A program made the position numbers and the translations under genes. Shown piece after piece: positions 9,174-19,046 of a stretch of DNA of 64,000 bases; within the stretch, counting starts at the first letter, position 1, and every line of letters begins with the position of its first letter. Source of the DNA: Vulcanimicrobiota bacterium (GTDB lineage Bacteria; Vulcanimicrobiota; Vulcanimicrobiia; Vulcanimicrobiales; Vulcanimicrobiaceae); NCBI GenBank assembly GCA_963714015.1, contig OY970223.1:672001-736000 (forward strand), in the 5' to 3' direction. The notes below the pieces were generated by a model. It was not told where the DNA came from. It saw nothing but the letters and a program-made list of their open reading frames with translations, and did no database searches.

Positions 9174-10196
9174 TCACCGAGCCGATTCATATATCGAAAT
9201 CATCGCTGCGGCGCCCGAAGGCCAGGCAAAGCGCGCAATCGATTTTTCGCGAACGGATTCGCAGTGCGCACCGGCAGTAGCGGGATCGTTCAAGATGTTA
9301 TCGATGGCGCGAGCCCAGGCCGCCGTGTCGTCGACCGGAATGGCCGGTGCATCGCCTGCGGCCACTTCGGGGAGCGACGATTGGTCCGAAACGATCGTGG
9401 GCGTACCCGAGCAAAGAGCCTGCGCCGCGGCGTACCCGAAGCCTTCGTAGCGCGAAGGAACGGCGACGAGCGCGCAGGTTGCGTAAAGTTCCAATAATTC
9501 GGAGCGCTCGACATATCCGCGAAACTCCACGCGATCGTGCACGCCGAGCTCGGCCGCCAACCGTTCGCAGTCGTCCTTGTACGGTGTAAATGGCCCGGTG
9601 GAGACGATGCGGGCGCCGGGCAATTGCGGCAACGCGCGAATCAGCACTTCGATATTTTTGCGCCGCTCGACCGTGCCGGGAACCAAGACCGCGCGGCCCT
9701 CACCGGGGCGCCTTTGAACGGCGCAAAAATCGGCGGCAACTCCCGGGTAGACGACGTGCACGCGCTCTTCAGGCACCCCGAGCACCTCGAGCAGTTCGCG
9801 TTTGGAAAATTCGGAGTCCACGGCAATCGCTGCCGCTCGCCGATATTGCGCGAGCGCAAATTTTCCGAAATACCAGCGGGCGTACGGCCGAGTGTGTGAC
9901 TGCACTTTGAGCCATGCGACGTCATGAACGGTGACGACGCACGGCAGCGCCGATCGCACCGGCATCGTTCCGGAGGCGCAGTGCAGCAACTGTGCTCCGC
10001 TGGCCCGTGCGCGCATCGGCAAGAGAAGTTGGTCCCAAACGACGCGGCGATCGAAACGCCAAGGATCCAAGTTGGGCGCAGCAAGCTCCGCTACGGTGAC
10101 ACCCTGCGCGGACAACGCATCCGCCAACCCTCGCGCGTACTCGCCTATGCCGGTCGCCGTTCCGCTCGCCAGTTGCATGTCGAGCGCGACGATCAT
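9174..10196 (-). CDS. Glycosyltransferase family 4
   Basis: TGIGEYAR, VVTVHD, GTVERRKN, PSRYEGFG...ALCSGTP, SSLPEV. Confidence 0.92.
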   Translation of the reverse strand: MIVALDMQLASGTATGIGEYARGLADALSAQGVTVAELAAPNLDPWRFDRRVVWDQLLLPMRARASGAQLLHCASGTMPVRSALPCVVTVHDVAWLKVQSHTRPYARWYFGKFALAQYRRAAAIAVDSEFSKRELLEVLGVPEERVHVVYPGVAADFCAVQRRPGEGRAVLVPGTVERRKNIEVLIRALPQLPGARIVSTGPFTPYKDDCERLAAELGVHDRVEFRGYVERSELLELYATCALVAVPSRYEGFGYAAAQALCSGTPTIVSDQSSLPEVAAGDAPAIPVDDTAAWARAIDNILNDPATAGAHCESVREKSIARFAWPSGAAAMISIYESAR

Positions 10197-11027
10197 CGCA
10201 GCTTGGCTTGTAGCGACCGTACCGGCGGCGAGGCGGGATTCAACGCCGACGCGCGCTGCAGGTCGGCGCGCGCCGCGGAGCGCTCCCCGAGTCCTAAAGC
10301 CACCATGCCGGCGCCGGCGTACGCGTCGGCGCTCGTGGGATCGGCGCTTATCGCGCGCTGAAAATACCTCGAAGCTTGAGCCGGTCCGACGAAGACGTAG
10401 GTTTCAAATCCCGCAGAGAGCAGATATTTTTCGGAAAGCGGCGAGAGATGAACCGCTTTGAGGAAATCCTGGATCGCCAGACGGCTGTTTCTTTGACCGC
10501 CCGCGAGTTTGCCCAAGCGCCAATACGCCTCGGCCAGCGCGTCCGGGTGCGTGCTCGTTGTTTCCAGACGGTTCTTCAGGCGCAGTTCGAGGGCATATGC
10601 GACCGGAAAGCTTCCTGATTGCCTGCACTTCATCGGTAATTGCATAGATGTCGTCCGCAAGAATGAAGTAGTGCTGCGCAGCGCGCCGATCGCCTCGGGC
10701 AAGCGCGATCCGGCCCAGCAGATCGTCGCGCGTCGTGCCCTGCGGAAGCCTCAGCGCATACATCCGCGCCAGCGATAAATCGCCGCGGTTGAAGGCGGCC
10801 CGCTCCAACATTGCGTATGCGTATGGAGCAGGAGCAACGCGCGCCACGGCCCGGTAGATATTCTCCCCGATCTCGGGACGCAAGTGCGCCGGAACCGACA
10901 ATGCCGCACCCGCTGAAGATAGGATTGCATCGGATCCGATTTGCACCGTACCCAGTGCGGCCGCCAGCAGAAAAATCACCGCGACGAGTATCGCGGTGAC
11001 CGCTGACCGGCGCCGCGCATCGATCAG
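10193..11027 (-). CDS. TPR-repeat membrane-anchored protein (frameshift ~10610; probable CTG start)
   Basis: N-terminal RRR + hydrophobic anchor; AEAYWRLG, ADAYAGAG..ALGLGE..AARADLQRA..LNP TPR motifs; ORFs 10404-10979 and 10193-10702. Confidence 0.65.
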
Positions 11028-12187
11028 AATTTCACCGTGAAATTCAAATCGGCGCGGGTCTGCGTAAGATTGAAATTGGGATCGAAGGTGTCCTGATAGC
11101 GGTACTGGCGCGCGGAAAGCGTCACAATGCTGTTCGTGTTCGGAATCTGATAGCTGAGATTGCCCAAATACGTGTTCTTGTATGCGTCGACGTCGGGCAG
11201 CACAGTGTTGAGGTAGTCGCCCTGATAATGCGCGCGGTCGTACTGCAAACCAAGCGTGATACGGCTGTTCACCGGCACCGCGAGGCGCGCATCCACGCCG
11301 GTCTTCGTAACGTCGGCCAGTCCCGGGTACTGCACGATTGACGACCCGGGAGCCGCAGGTCCAAACGCATTGTCGTTCAGTTGAGCGTCAGGATCCGCCG
11401 GAACGTACTGGAAGATCGCCGAGTCGCCGAGCGAGAGATGCGAAACGGTGCTCGAGAGCTGCAAATTCACGTTGCTGTTCCAGGCGCGCACGTTGAAATC
11501 GGTCGCCGCGACGAAACTCTGCGCGCTCGTGTCGTGCAGATACGGACACGCCGCGTTTTGATCGGTCGTTCCGCAGACTTGCATGGCGCGGAAAGCGTCT
11601 GACTGGAGTGACTGCTGCTGTGAGCCGGCCATCACTTCGTTGAAGTGCACCTTGCCCACGCGCATCGGAACGTTGACCTCCGCGCCGAGCGACTGCGCGG
11701 CGGGAGTGAACGATGAATAGCTGCCGAACCAGACCGGCGCTATCGGAACCGGCGCTCCGGCGGGTTGCACCTCCGCGCTCGCCGGCGTTGCGGAAACCGC
11801 GACGCTGAGCGCCCCGTCCGAAGGAGCGGCGAGCTCGGGCGCAGGCACCACAGACGCGCGCAGATCGGGGACGTACGTCTTCACCGGCGAGACGCCCGGC
11901 AAATTCACGTCGGCCGCTGATGCGGGCTGACTGGGAGCGAGCAGATCGGCGAGTTCGCGATCGACGAATTGTGAGGACGGTTCGAGATTGAATACCGACT
12001 GCGCCAAGTACGACATCCCGTGGATCTCGCCCGCGAGTGCGCCAAGCAGTGATTCGGAGTTGGGATCGAAGAGCCGGCTTATTTCGAGCCTGACTTGCGG
12101 AGTGGGCACCGCGCTCGCAGGCAAACCGAGAGCAAGCGCTGACAGCAGCACTGCCAAACCGGCGACGCGAACGGACCGGGCCTCCAT
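11024..12187 (-). CDS. Putative outer-membrane beta-barrel protein
   Basis: GGAGGAG SD; signal peptide ASA-V; amphipathic beta-strands in the C-terminal half; ends ADLNFTVKF (beta-signal-like terminal Phe). Confidence 0.6.
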   Translation of the reverse strand: MEARSVRVAGLAVLLSALALGLPASAVPTPQVRLEISRLFDPNSESLLGALAGEIHGMSYLAQSVFNLEPSSQFVDRELADLLAPSQPASAADVNLPGVSPVKTYVPDLRASVVPAPELAAPSDGALSVAVSATPASAEVQPAGAPVPIAPVWFGSYSSFTPAAQSLGAEVNVPMRVGKVHFNEVMAGSQQQSLQSDAFRAMQVCGTTDQNAACPYLHDTSAQSFVAATDFNVRAWNSNVNLQLSSTVSHLSLGDSAIFQYVPADPDAQLNDNAFGPAAPGSSIVQYPGLADVTKTGVDARLAVPVNSRITLGLQYDRAHYQGDYLNTVLPDVDAYKNTYLGNLSYQIPNTNSIVTLSARQYRYQDTFDPNFNLTQTRADLNFTVKF

Positions 12188-12251
12188 TACTCCTCCATAC
12201 CCGCTTACCTTGGGGGGCACTATCTAGTATCGGATAAAACCGGGGTCAGTT

Positions 12252-12668
12252 TCATACGACGTTTGGCCTATTGGACCCCCGTCCTATGTACCGGCGAGCG
12301 ATTAGCAACGCCGCATAATCGTCGATCGGGCGAGGCGGAAGCTGCAATCCGATGGGAAGGAGCCGGCGCCAGCCGCGTGGGGGGTTGTCTGCAAAGTAGA
12401 GGGCGCGGGCCCGGTACGTCGTGTCTGTTTCGTCCACGAGGTGGACGGGGAGTCCCAGCGTCTCGACGACGCCGACTACTACACCCGCGTTCGTCCCGGC
12501 ACCGAGCGCGACCGCGGTGACGTCGTGCTGCGCAATAAGGGGCGTTAGACGCTCGATCAGGGTCTCCACAGGGACGATTCCGAGCGCTAGCGCCGCAGAA
12601 ACGCGATCGGCGGCGACCGCGTAGCCGACTTTGCGGGTGCCGGGATCGATTCCAAGGACGGCGCTCAT
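12252..12668 (-). CDS. YqgF/RuvX-like RNase H-fold nuclease
   Basis: VLGIDPG.RKVGYA, ALGAGT, LVDETDTT, P.RPIDDYAALLIARRY. Confidence 0.8.
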   Translation of the reverse strand: MSAVLGIDPGTRKVGYAVAADRVSAALALGIVPVETLIERLTPLIAQHDVTAVALGAGTNAGVVVGVVETLGLPVHLVDETDTTYRARALYFADNPPRGWRRLLPIGLQLPPRPIDDYAALLIARRYIGRGSNRPNVV

Positions 12669-13630
12669 CGTTGCGGCGCCTGCTGAAGCGTGACCACCAC
12701 CGGAACCCCGAAGGTCGACTCGTAGATGTCCGAAGCCGCGAAGGCTGTCAGGATGTAGGTGCCGGTCGTAGAGGTAAGCGTCTTCTGCATGTGAGCTTCA
12801 TCGGGCAGCATACGCCGTACCGTGACGTTGCCGGCGAAATATGGAAGCATTTGGTGCTGAATCATGACGCGCGGAACCCAGCCGGAGGGTCCCAGCAATT
12901 CGATCAAGGCGACACGGGCGTCGGCGTTCTTTCCGGCCGGAATCTGCTCGGATTCGATGGGCTGGCCGGCCGGGACAATCAACTTGTCCGGCACGGAGTT
13001 CATTGCAAAATGGATTTGGTCGTGGGGATAGAGATTTTGCGAGGCGGTTGCCAGCAGCAGAACGTTGTTTTGCGAAACGTAAGCCTGCATCTTCGGATCG
13101 TCGGCGTACTGGCGCAGGATGCTTTCGACGCCATGCGGCGGGACGAAGGGCTTGAGGTTGTAGGGGGGACGCGTGTACTGTTGATTGATCGACGCGACGG
13201 TCTGGTTGTAAAAGTCGCGGACGATCTGCCGGCGCAGCGCCGATGGCGCGTTCATCGGAATCCTTCCGACGACCGGGCTCATCAGCGATTCATAGTTCAC
13301 CAGCACGGGTGAGGTAGTGAACTTCTCCTCCAGAGCATTGGCGCGCGCCTGCGCCTTCTGAATCTCGGCGTTGATCTCGTTGAGGTGGAAGAACGCGGTT
13401 TGCACCTGATTCGAGGCGAAGATCGCAATCAGCATGATCACCAGTGCAATGATCATACCGGTTCCGACCGCGATGATCGTCGACGTGTATCGCGGCCGGA
13501 TGTTGAAGATCGTCAACCGCTTGCGCCCGACCTGGTGTCCGACGCGATCGCCGATGTAGGCGATGATACCAGCCAGAATCGCGATGAACACGATGAGGCC
13601 GATCCCGCGCAGCATTCCTTCCAGCGTCAT
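12665..13630 (-). CDS. DUF3084-like membrane protein
   Basis: AGIIAYIGDRVGHQVGRKRLTIFNIRPRYT N-terminal motif; ATGA overlap with lptF/G stop. Confidence 0.75.
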   Translation of the reverse strand: MTLEGMLRGIGLIVFIAILAGIIAYIGDRVGHQVGRKRLTIFNIRPRYTSTIIAVGTGMIIALVIMLIAIFASNQVQTAFFHLNEINAEIQKAQARANALEEKFTTSPVLVNYESLMSPVVGRIPMNAPSALRRQIVRDFYNQTVASINQQYTRPPYNLKPFVPPHGVESILRQYADDPKMQAYVSQNNVLLLATASQNLYPHDQIHFAMNSVPDKLIVPAGQPIESEQIPAGKNADARVALIELLGPSGWVPRVMIQHQMLPYFAGNVTVRRMLPDEAHMQKTLTSTTGTYILTAFAASDIYESTFGVPVVVTLQQAPQR

Positions 13631-14734
13631 ATCATTGCCGCCCGGTACAGCCGGCGCCCGCCGATGACCGTGAAGATGAGATTGGGGAGCCACGCCGCCA
13701 GCGCCGCAAGCGGCAGAAACGCTTCACCGACGTACGAACAGATCGTCGAAACGATATAGTAGGCGAACACAATTAGGACCGCAAGGCCGAAGCCCAGCCC
13801 GGTGCTTCCGCCGCCCCGAACCGAACGGATTCCGAACGGCACGGCAATCAAGGTGAATACGAAACACGCGAACGGCTGCGCCAGCTTCTGCTGGTACACC
13901 ATCGTGTACTTGCGAATCTCCCCCGCCGAGAGTTGACCGGTCCGAATGATCTCGGCGATCTGCGCGCGGCTCATGTTCTGGGGATTGTTGTTCGCTACGC
14001 GTTTGGCAATCGCGGCCGGGTTTTGCCCGAGCGAGACTTGGAGGGAGGGCGTACGCACGTCCGTGTCGCCGTTTGCCTGCAGCCGGATCACGCGCGCGTT
14101 CTGCAGCGTCCACTGGTCGGCCAAGAACTGCGCCTGATCGGCGAAGACGATCTGCGTCGGGTTTCCGGAGCGATCGTACTGAACGAGCGTGACGCCGACC
14201 AACGTGCGGCAGTTTTGCAGGCAGGCGCGTTCGAACGTCGTCTGCCTTCCGCCGCCCGGCAGCGGCGCAGAGATCAGTTGATCGCCACCGAAGGCGCTCG
14301 TGTGATTGATTACGACGGCTTCGATGATGCTGGCTTGGCTGTCGGCAAACGGAACGACCGCCTCTTGCAGCGCAAGCGTAACGAAGGAAAGAAAAAACGC
14401 CGCCGCGAGCATCGGCGCGATGATCCGCAGGAACGTAATTCCAGCCTGATTTGAGGGCTGTAATCTCACTCTCGCCGGAGAGGCGCTGAATGGCCAGGAG
14501 CGTGCCGAGCAGCAGTCCCATGGGGATCGTCAGCACGAACATGCTCGGTAACTGCCAAAGAAAGACTTCGATTGCCGCCCAGACCGGTGCGTTGGTTTCG
14601 GAGACCTCCCGCCCGATCGCGATGATCTGACCGGCCGCCAGCAGCAGCGTAAAGGCGGCAACACCGAACAGGAACGGGCCGCTGAGCTCGCTGAGCATGT
14701 ACCGATCCAGAATCGTGAGCCGCAAAGAGTTCAA
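13627..14734 (-). CDS. LptF/LptG-family LPS export permease (frameshift ~14448)
   Basis: ILDRYMLSEL..PFLFG, RLSGESEITALK, KLAQPFAC.VF.LIA.P, AAWLPN; two ORFs joined by one indel. Confidence 0.88.
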
Positions 14735-15465
14735 AGACGAAAGCCTTCGCCGAGATAAAACTGGCGCGCGATCGGACTCTCGAGCACGTCGTGCGCCGTG
14801 CCGGAGACTTCGATCTTTCCGTTGTTAAGAATGTACGCCCGGTCGACGATTGCGAGCGTTTCGCGAACTTGATGGTCCGTAATCAGCACGCCCAAACCGC
14901 GTTCGCGCAGCTGCCGGATCATCGCTTGGATATCGGCGACCGCGATCGGATCGATGCCGGTGAACGGTTCGTCCAACAGCAGAAACGCGGGCTCCGTAGC
15001 GATCGCGCGCGCTATCTCGACGCGCCGGCGCTCGCCGCCCGAGAGCGAATCGCCGCGCGCGTCGACGAATTTGAGCAGGCCGAATTCCTCGAGCAGCGGG
15101 TGAAGGCGCTCTTCCTGCTCTTCGCGCGAGACGCCGTGCATCTCCCAAATCAGACGAATGTTGTCGCCGACGGAGAGTTTGCGAAAGATCGAGTTCTCCT
15201 GCGCCAAGTACCCGATCCCGCGGCGCGAACGCATGTACATCGGCGCCGACGTAAGGTCGAAGTGCTGCGTCTCCGTATCGAGCAGCACCGTTCCGCCGTC
15301 GGGTTTGACCAGACCTACGACCATGTAAAAGGTGGTCGTCTTTCCGGCACCGTTGGGACCCAGCAAGCCGACAATCTCGCCCGTGCGCACTTCGGCACTG
15401 ACGCCGTTGACCACCGCGCGCTCGCCGTAGCGCTTGAGGAGTCCGCGCATTTGAATCTCGGGCAC
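14731..15465 (-). CDS. lptB: LPS export ABC transporter ATPase LptB
   Basis: GLLGPNGAGKTTTFYMVVGL, GIGYLAQE.SIFRKL, LSGGERRRVEIARA, LDEPFTGIDP, YLGEGFRL; GTG 15465 overlaps lptC stop. Confidence 0.95.
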   Translation of the reverse strand: MPEIQMRGLLKRYGERAVVNGVSAEVRTGEIVGLLGPNGAGKTTTFYMVVGLVKPDGGTVLLDTETQHFDLTSAPMYMRSRRGIGYLAQENSIFRKLSVGDNIRLIWEMHGVSREEQEERLHPLLEEFGLLKFVDARGDSLSGGERRRVEIARAIATEPAFLLLDEPFTGIDPIAVADIQAMIRQLRERGLGVLITDHQVRETLAIVDRAYILNNGKIEVSGTAHDVLESPIARQFYLGEGFRL

Positions 15466-16013
15466 TACTGCATCACCATCTGCGTCAGCTTCACGTCCGA
15501 AGTGAACGTGTTTCCGGTCAGAAGTTCCTGTTGGCCGCCCTGCATGCCGGTTATTCGCACGTGTCCCTCTCCGTGAAGCATGGCGGTCGTCTGATCGTAC
15601 GTGAGCCGGTCGCACGTCAAGTGCAGACCGGTGCTCGTCGTCGCGCGAACTCCGCCGGAAAGGACCACCTTCTTGTCCCGCGCGATCGCAGCGGTCGGAG
15701 CCGCCGCCTGCAGCCGCGTACCGTCTTTGTCAAAGAACGTTACCGTCGTTTGCTGAAAATTTGCTTGGGCCAGGTTCTGAGCGGAATGGCTCTCGCAGGA
15801 CTGCGCCAGCATCTCATACGCTTTCCGGTTGCCGGACTGCTGCGTGATGCGGACGGGCCGGGCGCGCGTCCCGCGGCACCGTATGTCGAGCGGCGGCAGA
15901 CCGCTCGGACTTGCAGCCGGACCGGGCGTTCCCCCCGGCCTTCGCTGCGGCTGCGGATTGCACGCCGAGCATGCAAGGACCGCCGCGAGAGCCCAAATCA
16001 GGGTCCCCTTCAT
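15465..16013 (-). CDS. lptC: LptC-like beta-jellyroll protein, probably a lipoprotein
   Basis: VTFFDKDG..LQA.A..A, VVLSGGVRATT..G..LTCDRLTYD; directly upstream of lptB; signal ending LACSAC. Confidence 0.75.
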   Translation of the reverse strand: MKGTLIWALAAVLACSACNPQPQRRPGGTPGPAASPSGLPPLDIRCRGTRARPVRITQQSGNRKAYEMLAQSCESHSAQNLAQANFQQTTVTFFDKDGTRLQAAAPTAAIARDKKVVLSGGVRATTSTGLHLTCDRLTYDQTTAMLHGEGHVRITGMQGGQQELLTGNTFTSDVKLTQMVMQ

Positions 16014-17206
16014 GACTCCTCTCCCAAGCCGTCATCGGCCGCCGCGAGTGCGAGCGCCATAGCGGGCATCCACAATCCGAAGATCACGATGCTCACGGTA
16101 TCGATGAGCCCTTGCACCCACGTTCCGGCAAGTCCCGCCGCGACCGCGAAAGCCAGCACGCGGCCGGTCTGCGAAGCTCCCCGCAGCCGATCGCGCAGCG
16201 TCGTCGCGAATCTCCACCACGCCGCAAGAACGGCAACCAGCCCGACGATCCCGGTTTCGGCAAAAATGGTCAGCAGAAAGCTGTGCGCGTGAAAGGCAAT
16301 CGCGTCGCCGTCGGGCAGCCGCACCAGCGGGTAGATTCGGGCAAAGTCGAACGGCCCGACGCCGGTGAGCGGAAAGCGCCGCACAATCTCCAGTCCCGCT
16401 TCCCAAATCGAAAGACGGGTGTAGTTTTCCGCCGGATTGTGGTGGGCGTTGAATACGACGAGCACTGCGGCCAGACCGGCCAGAAGGATCGCGGGAGCGA
16501 ATCGCCGCTGCACGTTCCCGCTGAGATAAGCGTAAAACGCGATTGCCGCGGCCAAACCCATCCAGCCCGCGCGAGAAAAAGTTAACACGAGGGCAGCGAG
16601 TCCGGCTGCGATCGCGATGCAGGCGATTATCCGCAGAATACGATCGCGTGCAACGCGCGCGAGCGCATATGCCAGCGGCAAGAAGACGATGAGATACCCC
16701 GCGAGCTCGCCCGGCAGAACGAACGTTCCGATCGCGCGCCCATGCCCAATGGCGTACTGATCCGCGGGAAGCCGCAACAGCACCATGACGACCGCCGCCA
16801 GCGATGCCATTGCGCCCGAAACAAGAAACGCGTAATAGATCGCGCGGCTTGCTCCGGGATATGTATAGTAGCGCAGGACGAACAAGTGCCAAATGACGCT
16901 GACCGCCGCTATTCCCAGAAACAACAGCCCGCCCGCGGGATCGAATCCCACGAGTGCCGACAATACGCCGGACGCAACCCATGCAACCAACGGGACGAGT
17001 GTCGGCGGACGCTCGACCGGCGGCCGCAGAATCATTGCTGCGAAATACGACCCGAGCAGGGCGCAAACTGCAAGCAGTGCGATGCCCGCGGTGCGCGGGA
17101 CCAGCGACACTCCGGGAACCGAAACGACGGTCAGCATGATGAACGCGGGGAAGAGCGGCACAATGAAAAACGCGAGCGCCAAGCTTGCGGGGATTAGTCG
17201 TTTCAC
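16010..17206 (-). CDS. O-antigen ligase family protein
   Basis: Multi-TM; LTFSRAGW, RLSIW..GL, PLTGVGP..F, HAHS.LL...AETGIVG. Confidence 0.85.
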   Translation of the reverse strand: MKRLIPASLALAFFIVPLFPAFIMLTVVSVPGVSLVPRTAGIALLAVCALLGSYFAAMILRPPVERPPTLVPLVAWVASGVLSALVGFDPAGGLLFLGIAAVSVIWHLFVLRYYTYPGASRAIYYAFLVSGAMASLAAVVMVLLRLPADQYAIGHGRAIGTFVLPGELAGYLIVFLPLAYALARVARDRILRIIACIAIAAGLAALVLTFSRAGWMGLAAAIAFYAYLSGNVQRRFAPAILLAGLAAVLVVFNAHHNPAENYTRLSIWEAGLEIVRRFPLTGVGPFDFARIYPLVRLPDGDAIAFHAHSFLLTIFAETGIVGLVAVLAAWWRFATTLRDRLRGASQTGRVLAFAVAAGLAGTWVQGLIDTVSIVIFGLWMPAMALALAAADDGLGEES

Positions 17207-18333
17207 GCGATGAGCTGCGCAATCTCGGCTGCGATCCGTTTTGCAGCACCGGGAGGTCCCATCCGTTCGCGTCCCGCGGCCGACATGGCGGCGCGCCGTT
17301 TTTCGTCCGCCAGCAGCTGTGCAACTTCCGAGGCCGCCGAGCGTTCGTCCCCGGCTACGACCAAAAGGGCCTCGCCCAGAAGACCGGCTTGCCTATGCCG
17401 GTACCACGCATGTTTGCCGCGCTCGCTGGTTGTGAACGCGATCACGGGAATGCCGGCGGCGGCGGCAGCTTCGTTTGCGGTCCCCGCCTGCCCGAGCACA
17501 GCATCCGCGCCGCGCAGCATTGCACCGATTGGGCCGCGCCAGGCGCGCAGCATTTCACGTCCGCCGGCCAGGGCGCGGAAAGGAGCGGCCGCATCGGCGA
17601 CGACTTCGAAGCCGGCCGATACCACGGCGCTAGCCATGCGATTTGCGTCCAGCCCGGGCGCGATCGAAAGCGCCGCTCCGAGCGACGGTTGCTCGCGCCC
17701 GAGCTCGCGTACGACGCGTGCGAGAAATTCTGCGGCGGCGTACGCGTCCTGGCGGCTTCCCGGGAAGAGCGCCAAATACGGCGCGAACGCATCATTGGGC
17801 GAGGGCCCTTCGTCCTGATAGAGATCGACGATCACGTTGCCGCTTCGCGCCGCTATACCGTGCCGGCGAAGGCGCTGCGCCGTCGGTTCGTCGCGCACGT
17901 ATACCACGGCCGCCTTACGGATCACGCGCTCTTCGAATGCACCGTAAGGCGCGACATACACGCTCTTTGCGGTTCCGACGAAAGCCGTGGCCGCTCGCGC
18001 CTGGAGTGCCATCATCAGTGCGAACACGTCGCCGACCGCGATTACCGCCGCATACTCCTTGCGGGCACGACGCAGAAATCGCAATTGCGTCAGCGTATGC
18101 GCGGCTAACCCTGCACGCAGATCGCGCAGGATGTTTTGCGCGTTGCCCATGGCGATGAGGCCGCCGCTCGGCATTTGCCGGCGAGGTCCCACGTCCCGCA
18201 TAACACTCGGGTGCTCAAAATCACCGACCAGCGCGAGATGATCGCCGGCAGCCGCCTGCGTCAATTCGGCAGCGATTTGCGCCGCTATGGCGACCTCGCC
18301 GTGGCCGTTCGAAACGAAGAGCACGCGTTTCAT
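17203..18333 (-). CDS. Lipid-A-disaccharide-synthase-related glycosyltransferase (TIGR03492-like)
   Basis: LFVSNGHGE, MPSGG, AVGD, FVGTAKS, LFPGSR, GQAGTANE, RMGPPGAA.RIA. Confidence 0.75.
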   Translation of the reverse strand: MKRVLFVSNGHGEVAIAAQIAAELTQAAAGDHLALVGDFEHPSVMRDVGPRRQMPSGGLIAMGNAQNILRDLRAGLAAHTLTQLRFLRRARKEYAAVIAVGDVFALMMALQARAATAFVGTAKSVYVAPYGAFEERVIRKAAVVYVRDEPTAQRLRRHGIAARSGNVIVDLYQDEGPSPNDAFAPYLALFPGSRQDAYAAAEFLARVVRELGREQPSLGAALSIAPGLDANRMASAVVSAGFEVVADAAAPFRALAGGREMLRAWRGPIGAMLRGADAVLGQAGTANEAAAAAGIPVIAFTTSERGKHAWYRHRQAGLLGEALLVVAGDERSAASEVAQLLADEKRRAAMSAAGRERMGPPGAAKRIAAEIAQLIA

Positions 18334-19046
18334 ACGCCGAGCAGCGGGCGCAGAGCGAATTCGCGCAACGTCCAGCGCCCTTGCGCGTAAGCGATGTCGC
18401 TTTGCGATACGAATTTGCCGTATGGACCCGCGTGCACGATCGGAACGCCGGCAATGACTTCGGGCTGCGCAAGCGTGTCGTGACTGTGGCCGCCCAATAA
18501 TAGCGTGATTCGCGGCACCGCCGCTGCGAGTTTGCGATCGAGGCGCAGACCGATGTGCGAAAGCACGACGAGCGGTTCATCTTGGGGAAGGCTGCACGCG
18601 TATTCGCCGACGACAGTCGCCGGATCGAGAAATCGCCAGCCGAAAACGCGCTCCCACGGACTGCCGGCCGGGTACTGCATAACGAGCAATCCGAGCAAGT
18701 GCACGCGCACGCCGCCGCTTTCAATGACGTGCGATCGTAAAAAGGGCAGTTCCCGCTCCTTGAGATCCACGAGGTTGCTGCAGATCAGCGGATGCCGCAT
18801 CCGTGCAGCTCGCGCTCGAACGCAGCCGAAGACGTAATGAAACTCCCGGTTACCCATGGCCTGCGCGTCATAGCCGGCGGCGTCGATCTCGCCGATGATC
18901 GGCTCTTGGCGGTGATAGACCGTTTGACTGCCGCGCAGTGAGTCGCCGCAGTCGAAGAGCAGCCCGGACTCCCGTTCGCGCAGCGCGCGCAGCGGTGCCT
19001 CGATCCCACGATGATCGTGAAGATCAGAGGTGTGGTAAATCCGCAC
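18330..19046 (-). CDS. Calcineurin-like metallophosphoesterase
   Basis: HTSDLH, DCGDS, GNREF, LSHIG, GGHSH motifs; GTG 19046 overlaps TAG of the lpxB tail. Confidence 0.85.
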   Translation of the reverse strand: MRIYHTSDLHDHRGIEAPLRALRERESGLLFDCGDSLRGSQTVYHRQEPIIGEIDAAGYDAQAMGNREFHYVFGCVRARAARMRHPLICSNLVDLKERELPFLRSHVIESGGVRVHLLGLLVMQYPAGSPWERVFGWRFLDPATVVGEYACSLPQDEPLVVLSHIGLRLDRKLAAAVPRITLLLGGHSHDTLAQPEVIAGVPIVHAGPYGKFVSQSDIAYAQGRWTLREFALRPLLGV

